Shown one piece after another: positions 41,003 through 51,053 of a stretch of 64,000 nt of DNA. This stretch comes from Promethearchaeota archaeon (lineage in GTDB: Archaea > Asgardarchaeota > Lokiarchaeia > Sigyniarchaeales > SOKP01). The translations under genes were made by a program, and so were the position numbers. Below the pieces are notes generated by a model, which was not told the origin of the DNA, ran no database searches, and saw only the letters and a list, made by a program, of their open reading frames with translations. The stretch spans positions 64,001 to 128,000 of the forward strand of contig JAEOTA010000036.1 in the NCBI GenBank assembly GCA_016840085.1, given 5' to 3'. Within the stretch, counting starts at the first letter, position 1. Every line of letters begins with the position of its first letter.

Positions 41003-42283
41003 ATGAGTGAGCAAAAATCTAGTTCAAAATTATTACAAATAGTATTTTTTGTTGCTTTAGGTTCAGTTATTATTTATGAAATAATAATAATTTATAGTTC
41101 CTTAATAAATCCCTTGTATTTTATTGTCCTAGGTTTTTTTATCTCTTTCTTTTTTAGTGTATACTATATAAATCGACAAAGAAATCTATTAAGACATCCT
41201 CGATCAATAAAAATAAAATGGTATTCGTCTTTACCAGATTGGGCTCGGATTGTTTTTTGCCCTATTGTGCTTGTACCATTACTTTTCATTATTCCTTTTG
41301 GATTTGCTGGATTAATATTAGCAATTACAATTTCAGCTTTTGTGTTAATTATTGTATTTGGGAGGTTTTATCTAAATGCACGTGAAACTTATACAGTGGA
41401 CTCATCTAAAGCATTAAAGATGTATAAAAATAAAGATATTATAATTAAAGGATTATTGATTGGATTTGTTCTGATTCCCTTAGTCATCTTATATATAGTT
41501 TTTTTAAGTATAATGACTTTAATTATATTATTTTTGTCAGGAATTTTTTATTATTTATATTTTAATCGCCAGAAGATAAAATTACAGAAAAAACATGAGC
41601 TCTTAATTCTTTTTATTATCATACTCCTTTCAATTACACCATTCATTCTTGAAAGAACCTTGATTAGAAAGAATTATAATTATATCGAGGTTTATAATCT
41701 AGACTCAGGGGTTCCAAATAATGTTATTTCCATTTCTGAATCTTTTGATTATCATCAAGAATTAAATTGGAGTACGATACGAAGTTACGATCGTCTACTT
41801 TTTCCTGATGAGAGAATATTATACAAAAATAAAATTAATGATCATAAGAATCAATTTTTTATTCCTTATCTTCATGCTAGAGCGCTGTTTAAGTATAGTT
41901 TCTCAGCGAAACCAATTATTACTCCTGTGATAATTAGTTACAAAGGTGCCCTTCATCATAACTATAAATATCTTAGTGATGTAGATTTTATTTTATCAGG
42001 AGACTATTTCGATGAAAACTGTTTTAAAGATTACTGTTTTTGCTATTTTTACATAAATTCTTATTATTACAATCCTCCTAATGAGACAATAGAAACAGTA
42101 TCTTTTTCTAGTGGATTTCTTGTGAGAATTCATATGAATTATGAACATCAAATTTCGATTTTTGACTTTGATGGTGAAGAACAAGAACATATAATGATTC
42201 TTAATGATGATTATGAAATTTTGTTCGTATTAGTTATAAGTCCTATAATTCAATTCATTGATGTTGCTGGATGTGGATGCTAA
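41003..42283 (+). CDS. Multi-TM membrane protein with C-terminal CGC (tandem paralog)
   Basis: 426-aa ORF sharing long identical blocks with 39691-40974. Confidence 0.8.
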   Translation: MSEQKSSSKLLQIVFFVALGSVIIYEIIIIYSSLINPLYFIVLGFFISFFFSVYYINRQRNLLRHPRSIKIKWYSSLPDWARIVFCPIVLVPLLFIIPFGFAGLILAITISAFVLIIVFGRFYLNARETYTVDSSKALKMYKNKDIIIKGLLIGFVLIPLVILYIVFLSIMTLIILFLSGIFYYLYFNRQKIKLQKKHELLILFIIILLSITPFILERTLIRKNYNYIEVYNLDSGVPNNVISISESFDYHQELNWSTIRSYDRLLFPDERILYKNKINDHKNQFFIPYLHARALFKYSFSAKPIITPVIISYKGALHHNYKYLSDVDFILSGDYFDENCFKDYCFCYFYINSYYYNPPNETIETVSFSSGFLVRIHMNYEHQISIFDFDGEEQEHIMILNDDYEILFVLVISPIIQFIDVAGCGC

Positions 42284-42388
42284 AGGAAAGATTGAATAAA
42301 ACATAAGTTCTATTTAAAGATTTAAAATTAAGTTGAATTTTATTAAACTATATATGATTAAGCTGTCGTAAAAATAATTTAGAATTAA

Positions 42389-43054
42389 TTATCCATAGAA
42401 TATGCGATACAAATCGTTATATAGTTCAGCTAATTTAGAAATTTTATATTGGTCATTTTGTTGCAAAACATAAGATATATAACCTGCTAAACCATGAGGA
42501 TTGTTAATCCATTGTAAAAAGCCCTCAAGTTCAGCTTTAAGATAAGGATCAACTGTAGAATCCGCTGTTGTCTGAAAACCTGCTACTGTTTGCCCTGAGA
42601 CGCTTTCATATACTACTTTCTCCTTAGTTTCACTGGGCAACTCAACTTTTGTTTCAATAAATTCAGATTTTGAGCCTTTTTTCAACATTGCAGCAGCTCT
42701 TGCTACAGCGGGATAAGCCATATGAAACCACCCCTTTGCCTTAGGTCGAATATGAGCAACCATATATTTGTCTCCATCTGGAACTGATGCACCAATTAAA
42801 TGTCCTTTTTTTTTACGATTAGTACCTATAAAGCGTTCAGGTTCCATTTGTAGAATGGAATATCTAATTCCATTTAATACAACGAATTGTGCATTGCCAC
42901 TTACCCAGCTAGCTAAAACACCTTTAATATCTTTTTTAACATCCCATTTACTTGTAGAATAAAGAATCTTTCCATTTTTATCGACAATTGCTACATCTGA
43001 TGCATCAGGATAATGTTTATGCAATTTACTAACAACAGATTTAAAATTTGTCAT
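42389..43054 (-). CDS. Asgard profilin with a C-terminal extension
   Basis: VAIVDKNGKILYSTSKWDV, LNGIRYSIL..EPERFIGTN..KGHLI..VP match the Loki profilin pattern; about 95 extra residues. Confidence 0.8.
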   Translation of the reverse strand: MTNFKSVVSKLHKHYPDASDVAIVDKNGKILYSTSKWDVKKDIKGVLASWVSGNAQFVVLNGIRYSILQMEPERFIGTNRKKKGHLIGASVPDGDKYMVAHIRPKAKGWFHMAYPAVARAAAMLKKGSKSEFIETKVELPSETKEKVVYESVSGQTVAGFQTTADSTVDPYLKAELEGFLQWINNPHGLAGYISYVLQQNDQYKISKLAELYNDLYRIFYG

Positions 43055-43055
43055 G

Positions 43056-44447
43056 TTAGATCTCTTTACTTATTTTGTATTCATTTTTTTCAGATAATTT
43101 TATCCAATAATCGATTTCTTCTAATAATTCTTTCTTTTCTTTTTCACTCAAACCAAGATTTTTTTCTGTTCTTTGAAACATATTCGAATATTTACTCATA
43201 TCCCACAGATAGTTTAAGTGTAAAACTTTCTTCTTAATATTATCTCGAGCTATTCCGAAAGCTGTTCCTATTGATTGAATATCATAATCTTCCTCAACAA
43301 TTTTCTTCACAGTAATTAGAATATCTAAAATATTATCTATAGGGATAGTTGGAAGCGGTTTAAAATCTATAAAAGACCGTTTCATTGTTCTTAGTTCAAA
43401 TTTATCTTCTTTCTTTATAAATTCCCCAATTTTAGGCTTTTTTAATCCAGTAGTTTCTTTAGGTTCATACCTGACTGTTTCATCTGGAGTAAAAGATTGT
43501 TCTAATTGCACTTTAGATTGTCTTTTAAATAAATCTGGCCAATCTTTAAAAGAATTCATATATGATTCCGCTGAAATTAATATTGACTCTTTTGGCATTT
43601 TACCAGATATCTCTCTTTCCTGCGGAGGGATTGGTATCCCTATTTTTAAATAAGGCGTTGCATTATCTATTATGGAAAATAAATACATTGGATCGTATTC
43701 TATTGATGAAAAAACATCTTTTAATTGTTGGGTCATCTGTGTTATTGCCTGTAATTCCAAAGAAGAAAAATGGTCATTAAGAATTTTATCTGCTCCTAAA
43801 GAGATGTTATTTAAACCTGCGGTGGCTTGTAAATAGTTAGTTTTCGATTCATAATCCATTTCATTGGAAATTAAAATTTGATTATAAAAATCCCAATGAG
43901 TGCTTAATAAGATATGTTTGCTTTTTTCTATTTGAAAAGATTTGGGATTATGAAGTGTTTCCATTAATTCCAGAAAGATATCTTTATAAGGTATGAATAA
44001 ATTTCGCATCAGTGTTCCTTGAATGAAAGTTTTCTTATTGTCAGTTTTATAAGAAAGATCCATTGGAAGTTTAAATAAATTTTCGCTTACAATTACATCC
44101 CTATCATTTTCTAGTGTAATGTTCTTTGATGTGGCTAGATGGTCATATACAAAATCAGATAGAATTAATCCTGTCAATTGCCGGTTATCTGTAATATATC
44201 TTCCAGATTGTAATTCAAACTTTACATAATAATATCCTAACCCAAATAAATAGTAAAGTATTCCTTTTTCAGTTAGTATAGCACATTCAGTTCCACCAAA
44301 AAAAATAACAAGATCTTGAGAAATTTTAGATACATTATGATTAGCATACTTGCCTAAGGTTGGATATCCAAGTAAATTCCCCCAACTAGGGATAACAAAA
44401 AATAAATTATTATTGACTAATTTGCTCTCGATAATGTGTGTCGACAT
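43056..44447 (-). CDS. Hypothetical protein, closely coupled to the profilin gene
   Basis: 463-aa ORF whose stop is 1 nt before the profilin ATG. Confidence 0.8.
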   Translation of the reverse strand: MSTHIIESKLVNNNLFFVIPSWGNLLGYPTLGKYANHNVSKISQDLVIFFGGTECAILTEKGILYYLFGLGYYYVKFELQSGRYITDNRQLTGLILSDFVYDHLATSKNITLENDRDVIVSENLFKLPMDLSYKTDNKKTFIQGTLMRNLFIPYKDIFLELMETLHNPKSFQIEKSKHILLSTHWDFYNQILISNEMDYESKTNYLQATAGLNNISLGADKILNDHFSSLELQAITQMTQQLKDVFSSIEYDPMYLFSIIDNATPYLKIGIPIPPQEREISGKMPKESILISAESYMNSFKDWPDLFKRQSKVQLEQSFTPDETVRYEPKETTGLKKPKIGEFIKKEDKFELRTMKRSFIDFKPLPTIPIDNILDILITVKKIVEEDYDIQSIGTAFGIARDNIKKKVLHLNYLWDMSKYSNMFQRTEKNLGLSEKEKKELLEEIDYWIKLSEKNEYKISKEI

Positions 44448-44596
44448 GGATTATTATTAATATCAATTTTTTTTAAACATTTTTAGGAATTGATTATTTT
44501 ATTTATAGATTTTTTTTTTAAAATTCAAAAAATTGAAGATTTTTCTAAAAGATTAGAATATCTAAAGAAATCAGGAGATTAATTAATTCAGTTATT

Positions 44597-44886
44597 TCAA
44601 TTATCTGCTTTTATTGATATTTTTAAAATTTCCGTCGTGTTTTCTAACACATTTACTGTAGTAATGGTTTCTTCCATGGAAGTAATTTATTGTTCGAAAA
44701 AGGCATTAATCTCCTCGAATCCTCTAAAATTTTCTTCATCTGTCGCAGAGATTCTTTCACTATCCTTAATAATACTTTTTATTACATTCATACTTATTTT
44801 AATTCTATTAGTAATTGCTTCAACTTTAGTACTAATTTTTAAAACATCGTATTTAGAAACCTCAGTTAATTTTTTAACTTGATCAA
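44597..44886 (-). pseudogene. Methyl-accepting chemotaxis protein C-terminal remnant
   Basis: IVDQVKKLTEVSK (like VADEVRKLAEESK) and ISATDEEN..EEIN..EQ*ITSMEE; internal stop and no N-terminus. Confidence 0.65.
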
Positions 44887-46815
44887 CTATTCTCGCGCTA
44901 ACCAAACTATCATTTCACTTCTACCGCGATTGGCCCAAGCATAATAAGGAATTTGTTTCAGATTTTGTTTCTTATGTTCAATTTTGGATTCTTTAACACA
45001 ATTAATATCTCCAGTAATTATAACCAATCCATTTAATATATCATCCCGATATTCTGCTTTTAGTTCAGCAGTATCCTTTAATAACAAATTAAATATTGAA
45101 TCCCCTTTGTTATCTATACTTTCGCTACAATAAACAATAGGACCACGTTCAATAGCGACTTTCTTCGCATTATCTTCAACTTTTTCATGGCTTAGAACTC
45201 TTCTAATTGGCATAGGTATGTTTAATTCAATTGTATCATTATCTCTCCATGCACGCTGAATTTTAACATACCCCTTTTCTATTTCAAAGTCAACCAATTT
45301 ATTATTAATTACTATACTTACTTCCAAATCATTTGATTTCAAATAATAATATAAATCGCTAGGTTCTGGCCTGTTCTGTGCCCAACCAGGAATGCGGATT
45401 GCGATAATTAATTCTCTCATTTGAGGGAGACTAATTGTAAATTTCACATTTCCCTCCCAAGGATAATCTGTTTTTTGAGTAATAGAGATTTTCATATTCT
45501 CAAGTAAAATCGTTGCCACACTTCCAATAAACAGATTAATAAAAATTGTCTTTTCCTTTATTGAATAAATGTAATTAGGAATTTGAGGTATAAAGCGCAC
45601 GATATTAGTAGGACAACAAGGGCATTTCCACCAAGACCTTCTATCAACATTTCCTTTTGAAGCGAGAGGATTAATATAGAAAAATTTTTTACCATCTAAT
45701 GATACTCCTGAGAGGAACCCATTATATAATGCTCGTTCTAAAATATCAATATACTTTGCATCTCCATATAGTAAAAAAAGACGGTAATTCCAGAATATAT
45801 TGGCAATAGCTGCACAGGTTTCAGCATAAGCTTCGAAGTTAGGTAAGTCATAATTTTTCCCGAAACTTTCTCCTTCTGTACGAGCTCCAATCCCCCCTGT
45901 TATATATAATTTTTTAGAAACTACGTTATCCCAAATAAGGTCAATTGAGGTTTTATATTTAGAATCATTGTAAATAGATATTATATCTGTAATTGCTGAA
46001 TACATATAAGCCGCTCGAACAGCATGGCCTACAGCTTCATCTTGTTCAATAATTTTTTTATGGGATTGGTTATATTCGGGGGATCTTGCATCTTCAAAAT
46101 AGATTTTAAATTTAGTTAAATAATCTTCAAAATCGAATGCTTCAGTAGAACCACGAATATCTAAGAAAAATTTTGCTATATCTAAATATTTTTCATTATT
46201 TGTTTGCTTATATAGTCGAATTAATGCTATTTCAATTTCTTGATGACCTGGAATTCTTTCGAGTTTTCCTGGACCAAATTCTCTATTTATTAAATCTGCA
46301 CTTTTAATTGCCACGTTTAATAGTTTTATTTTACCTGTAGCTTTGTAGTAAGCAATTCCCGCTTCAATAAGATGCCCCATATTGTATAATTCATGACTTA
46401 ATATTGAAACTAATTCCCATCTTTCTTTCCCAGCCAATACGTGAGGTTTACCAGGATTTATTGTACGAGTAGTATATAAATAACCATCATCTTCTTGAGC
46501 TGCCGCTATTTTTTCAATTAAATTATCGAGATATTCTTCAAGCTTGGGATCAGGGAAATGGATTAATGAATAGGCTGCTCCTTCAATTACTTTAAAAACA
46601 TCAGAATCATCAAAAGGAAAGATTGGCTTTTTTCCATCATTCAATAATCCTGCTGCTCTTGAAAAATTGTCAATACGTCCAGTTTTTTCACATTTCTTAA
46701 ATGCATGAGGAATTGTAATAAGATGATTGATTTCTATTCTAGGCGCCCAAAATTTATCATTAATTCTTACTTGAGTAAGAGAAATTGGATGAATTGCATA
46801 ATCTGAAGAATTCAA
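44887..46815 (-). CDS. Glycoside hydrolase family 127 (beta-L-arabinofuranosidase-like)
   Basis: FDDSDVFK, HELYNMGH, GHQEIE, GHAVRA, YAETCAA, CPCCPTN. Confidence 0.93.
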   Translation of the reverse strand: MNSSDYAIHPISLTQVRINDKFWAPRIEINHLITIPHAFKKCEKTGRIDNFSRAAGLLNDGKKPIFPFDDSDVFKVIEGAAYSLIHFPDPKLEEYLDNLIEKIAAAQEDDGYLYTTRTINPGKPHVLAGKERWELVSILSHELYNMGHLIEAGIAYYKATGKIKLLNVAIKSADLINREFGPGKLERIPGHQEIEIALIRLYKQTNNEKYLDIAKFFLDIRGSTEAFDFEDYLTKFKIYFEDARSPEYNQSHKKIIEQDEAVGHAVRAAYMYSAITDIISIYNDSKYKTSIDLIWDNVVSKKLYITGGIGARTEGESFGKNYDLPNFEAYAETCAAIANIFWNYRLFLLYGDAKYIDILERALYNGFLSGVSLDGKKFFYINPLASKGNVDRRSWWKCPCCPTNIVRFIPQIPNYIYSIKEKTIFINLFIGSVATILLENMKISITQKTDYPWEGNVKFTISLPQMRELIIAIRIPGWAQNRPEPSDLYYYLKSNDLEVSIVINNKLVDFEIEKGYVKIQRAWRDNDTIELNIPMPIRRVLSHEKVEDNAKKVAIERGPIVYCSESIDNKGDSIFNLLLKDTAELKAEYRDDILNGLVIITGDINCVKESKIEHKKQNLKQIPYYAWANRGRSEMIVWLARE

Positions 46816-46964
46816 AATATCCTCTTTAAAAAAAAATAACTATTATTGATTACAAGTTTAAATTAGATAAATTAAAAAAATGTAAAATAATTAACTATTT
46901 TAAGTTTTTAAAATTGATTTGATAATATCCACTTCTTCCTGAGAGTAGAATTAAAAAAATAAAA

Positions 46965-48119
46965 TTAAGTTTTCTCTAATTCCATCTCGGAAATCGCTTT
47001 CCCAGATCGAAATGGAATATCCTCAAGAGATATCCCAGCTTCATAATTGAATTTCTCTTTAAATGCTTCATTTAATGACTGGAAATATAATGACAACGGT
47101 AAATTCTGCGGACAATTATTATCGCAGTTTCCACATTCAACACATCGATCAGCAACATGAGCTACCCTTGTTAATTGATACGTTGCATTATCAATGATTT
47201 TCTCCTTTCTCTTCTTCATAAGAATACAATCAACGCAGTAGCAAACTGGGCATCCTCGGATACACGTGTTACACATAGTACATTTGAGTAGTTCTGCAAT
47301 TTTATCTTCTTGTGATAAGTTATTCCATTCTTCTAAGTCATTTGCTCGTTTTTCTTTTGCTTTTTCAATTATTTCGTTGTATTTATCTGTATGTTCCTTT
47401 TTCCTTTTATCGGGAAGGATTTTCTTCCCAATACCTGATTTTTCAAGAACATCATTTCCCTTATCAGAATAAACTTTTAAAATTATTTCATCAGAGTCTA
47501 TGGGGGTTCCGATATCGCTCACAGTTAAGTCAGCTACAACTGGGATTTTTCGATAGCATCGTAAACAATTTTCTGCGACAGAAAGATCGAGTTCTTTTAT
47601 GCTTCCATCATCCATCTTAACAATTAAGCCTTTATCTCCTACTTTTTCCTTGACAATTTTAGTAGGATCAACATCCTTGATTTTTCTCATTTCACGTCCT
47701 GCTTTAGGAAGCATTCCTCTATCTTCAATACCAATTATAAAAAGATTATCGAGCTTAACTTGTCTAATTTTAGCAAGTTCTATTAATGCTCTGGTGTCGC
47801 AAGGGCGTGCTATAAGCCCCACTTTCTCATTCATAGCCCCTGCTACAGATTTATGCAAAAATTTAGAAGCTGAATCTGTTCTTGCGTATCCAAACGCAAT
47901 CAATGGGGACAAAGGAAAATCTTTTAGATCTTCTTCTTTTTCTACTAATTTTGGTTGAACAGTAAACCTATCAATTGCACCTGATTTTTTATCAACTCTC
48001 AATTGAGCGCCGATTATCTTATCAACTACTTTTTCTCTTAATAAAGAACTTAATATTTTGGGAAAATCTTCCAATTTTATCAGATATTCTGCCATTGCAT
48101 CCATGTATTTCCAACTCAA
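46965..48119 (-). CDS. FdhB/FrhB-like F420-dehydrogenase beta-type 4Fe-4S subunit (start may be a slightly downstream ATG)
   Basis: ARPCDTRALIELAK, CLRC, CTMCNTCIRGCPVCYCVDC, CVECGNCDNNCP; lies downstream of hdrA-mvhD. Confidence 0.85.
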   Translation of the reverse strand: MSWKYMDAMAEYLIKLEDFPKILSSLLREKVVDKIIGAQLRVDKKSGAIDRFTVQPKLVEKEEDLKDFPLSPLIAFGYARTDSASKFLHKSVAGAMNEKVGLIARPCDTRALIELAKIRQVKLDNLFIIGIEDRGMLPKAGREMRKIKDVDPTKIVKEKVGDKGLIVKMDDGSIKELDLSVAENCLRCYRKIPVVADLTVSDIGTPIDSDEIILKVYSDKGNDVLEKSGIGKKILPDKRKKEHTDKYNEIIEKAKEKRANDLEEWNNLSQEDKIAELLKCTMCNTCIRGCPVCYCVDCILMKKRKEKIIDNATYQLTRVAHVADRCVECGNCDNNCPQNLPLSLYFQSLNEAFKEKFNYEAGISLEDIPFRSGKAISEMELEKT

Positions 48120-48204
48120 TTATTTAGACTTACATTGATTTTTATTTTTGTATTAAATCTTCAAAATTTTTAATAGATTTATTTATAATTATAATAACTT
48201 TATT

Positions 48205-48277
48205 ATGTGTTATATGGTGCTCCCATTTCTTCAACTGAGTTCTCATTTTTTCAACTCAGTTTCATTAGTCAACACAT
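48205..48277 (-). ncRNA. Eukaryote-like SECIS element in the 3' UTR of mvhD
   Basis: The minus strand reads AUGA-AACUGAGUU-GAAAAAAUGAG-AACUCAGUU-GA: AUGA/GA core, perfect 9-bp helix and A-rich loop (core 48231-48265). Outer helix AUGUGUU/AACACAU. Confidence 0.88.
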
Positions 48278-48283
48278 TAATTT

Positions 48284-48736
48284 TTAAGCCTTAGCTGTTG
48301 CTTTAGCTTTTTCTTGTGCATCGCTTTTTTTTCGTAAAGGATTCGGACCTAGTTCTCGAATTAATTTATCGAATTCTGTTGCTACTTTCTGGAATTTTGC
48401 ACCTTCTGCGGAACTACAATATTCCATTTTTATTCTCTTCGGATTTATTCCTACAGTTTTAGTAACTTCATTGAGATATTCTACTAAACGATAAGCAAAA
48501 TAATTACCGCTCTCGTAATCACATTCTCCCGGATATCATCCAACAATTAAAATTCCGTCAGCACCTCTGCCAAAAGCTCTCATTACTAGATCTACTCCTA
48601 CTCTTCCCGTGCAAGGAACTAACACTGTTCTTAGGGACGTTGGATACTGAGCCCGAATAGTTCCCGCCATATCTGCACCACCATATCCTCATTTTAAACA
48701 TAAAAATGCTAATATTTTTATATCCTCATTTGTCAT
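48284..48736 (-). CDS. mvhD: Selenoprotein MvhD/VhuD [2Fe-2S] hydrogenase delta subunit, 150 aa, Sec16 and Sec67
   Basis: MTNEDIKILAFLCLKUGYGGADMAG...VPCTGRV...GADGILIVGUYPGECDY...ELGPNP. UGA at 48689-48691 and 48536-48538 occupy conserved Cys positions. RBS GAGGTGG at 48742-48748. Confidence 0.93.
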
Positions 48737-48749
48737 TCTATCCACCTCT

Positions 48750-50726
48750 TTAATCCTCAATTGGTAATAATTCATCAATATATGCAACATATTGATTATC
48801 TTTGTAATGTGCTAATTCTATAGCTTTTGATGGGCAAAGTGATTCGCAAATTCCGCATCCTCTACAGGAAATAATATCCACTTGAATTAAACCCTTTTCA
48901 TTAACTGAAATTGCACTATAGGGACATGCCTCAATACATTTATAACATTTAGCACAGCGTTCATCTAATGGTTGAGCACGGATTAATTCCATAGTATATT
49001 TCTCAAGTTTCATGGGTATATTAGCCGTGGAAGCAGCACCCTTTGCTTGACTAACTGTATAATCTATAGATTTTTGACCTTGACAAGAACCTGCTAAATA
49101 GATACCTGGGACTTTTGTATTAATTGGATCAAGTCGTGGATGCATTTCTTTTAAAAATCCATCTGGTGTTTTTTCTATATTCATTACCGAAGCTATTTCA
49201 TTTGTACCTTGAGAAGGTAATGAAGCTGATGAAAGAACAACCATTTCAAATTCCATCTCAATAACAGAATCTGTACCTACAGGTTCAAACTGTACTTTGA
49301 GATTTTTTGTTTTAGGATCTTCTTCAATTTTGCCTATTAAACCTTTAATAAACATAATTCCTGCATCCCTCGCCCTTCTGTAATATTCTTCATACATTTT
49401 TCCTCCGCATCTCATATCTATATAACTAACAACAATTTCAGAATCAGGATATTCAGACATTATTAGCTTAGAGTTTTTTACAGATAAATTACAGCATACA
49501 ACGCTACAATACTCGTGAGTCTTTAAATCCCTGGAACCTACGCAGTTTATAAATAATATTCTTTTAGGATGTTTTCTATCAGAAGGTCTCATTAGATGAC
49601 CGAAAGTAGGGCCATTTGGTGCAAGAATTCTTTCTAATTGTATTTGAGTAATTACGTTCTCATATGTTCCATACCCATAATCATCTCCTTGATATAGATC
49701 CCACCCTGTAGCAACTATTATTGTTCCTACATCTAATTCCATGATTTCTTCTTTTTGACTAAAATCTATAGCTTCAGTATCACAGGCATCTACACATGCG
49801 AAACATTCAACACAAGAGCCTCTTTCAATATCTGAAATTGCAGGAACTGCTTGAGCAAACGCTATATCTATACATTTTCGTGCAGAGAGATTTTCATCAA
49901 AGTAATTCGGTACATATACTGGGCATGCTTCCGTACATGATCCACATCCGGTACACCTCTCCTCATTGACAAAACGTGGGTTTTTCTTTACTTGTACTCT
50001 AAAATTACCAATATATCCTTCAACATTAATGACTTCACTATATGATAAAATTTCGATATTTTCATGCCTATCAGCTTCAAGCATTTTAGGGCCAAGAATT
50101 CATATACTACAGTCATCTGTAGGAAATGTTCGATCAAGTTGGGACATTCGTCCTCCAATTGTAGTATTCTTTTCTACTAAATATACTTTATAACCTGCAT
50201 CGCCTAAATCTATAGCTGCACTTAATCCAGCAATTCCTCCTCCAATGACTAGAGAAGTTGGATTTATTGGAACAGTTTTTGTGGGAATATCTTCTAACAA
50301 TTGTGCTCGTGAGATTCCTGCTTTTATTAATTCAATTGCCTTTAATGTTGCTTTATCTCGAATTTCTTTTGCCTGATGAACATAACTACAATGCTCTCTA
50401 ATATTAGAGAACTCTAAATATCTCTGTGGTATACCTGCTTCTTTTAAGATTCCATGAAAAACAGGTTCATGTGTTAAAGGAGTTCAAGCGGCAACAACAA
50501 TACGATTAAATCCCTTTTCTTCTATTTGTTCCTTAATATACTCGGCACCACCAGAAGTACACATGTTTAAATATTCATAACTATACACGTTAGGTAATCT
50601 ATCAATTTCATTTACGATTTTTGGAATGTCCAAAATACCTGCTATGTTAATGCCTCAGCGACACACAAATACGCCAACTACTGGCAATTCATTGTTATTA
50701 TTATCATTGGTCTGTTTTTCAGACAA
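48750..50726 (-). CDS. hdrA: Selenoprotein heterodisulfide reductase subunit A, 658 aa, Sec24, Sec81 and Sec209
   Basis: TTG start after AGGTGGT (50731-50737). One frame contains VGVFVCRUGINIAG, IVVAAUTPLTHE, NIREHCSYVH and DRTFPTDDCSIUILGPKM. UGA at 50655-57, 50484-86 and 50100-02. Joins the track ORFs 50100-50300 and 48750-50084. Confidence 0.94.
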
Positions 50727-50784
50727 ATTAACCACCTATATTAAACCTAACCTCCTAAGTTTTTATGGCTATATTTTCTCTTAG

Positions 50785-50807
50785 TTTCTTAGAGTCTTTC
50801 TAAGAAA
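50785..50807. promoter_or_regulatory. Perfect 9-bp inverted repeat upstream of hdrA (operator or leader hairpin)
   Basis: tttcttaga-gtctt-tctaagaaa, about 60-80 nt upstream of the hdrA start. Confidence 0.4.
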
Positions 50808-51053
50808 TGTGTTATGATCTTGTAAATAGTCAATATTATTAAAATTAAATTATTATCAAATTTTAATTCAATTCTTCAATCATCTGATAAATTAATCGAA
50901 GTACCATCTTTAAGAAAAAAAAAAGAGAAAAAAAGAATTTTATTATTTATTTTAAGTTTTTTAATAGGTTGATGACAAAGAGATTTTTCGCGCCTTTCAT
51001 CTATATCAATAATAGAAGATCGAACTATTCGTCTAATTTCAACTTATTTCTCC

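Noticed and set aside
48284-50726. hdrA/mvhD as pseudogenes, or genome-wide UGA reassignment
   Set aside because: All five stops are UGA at Cys positions with a SECIS downstream, and UGA terminates other genes normally (12776-78, 15310-12)
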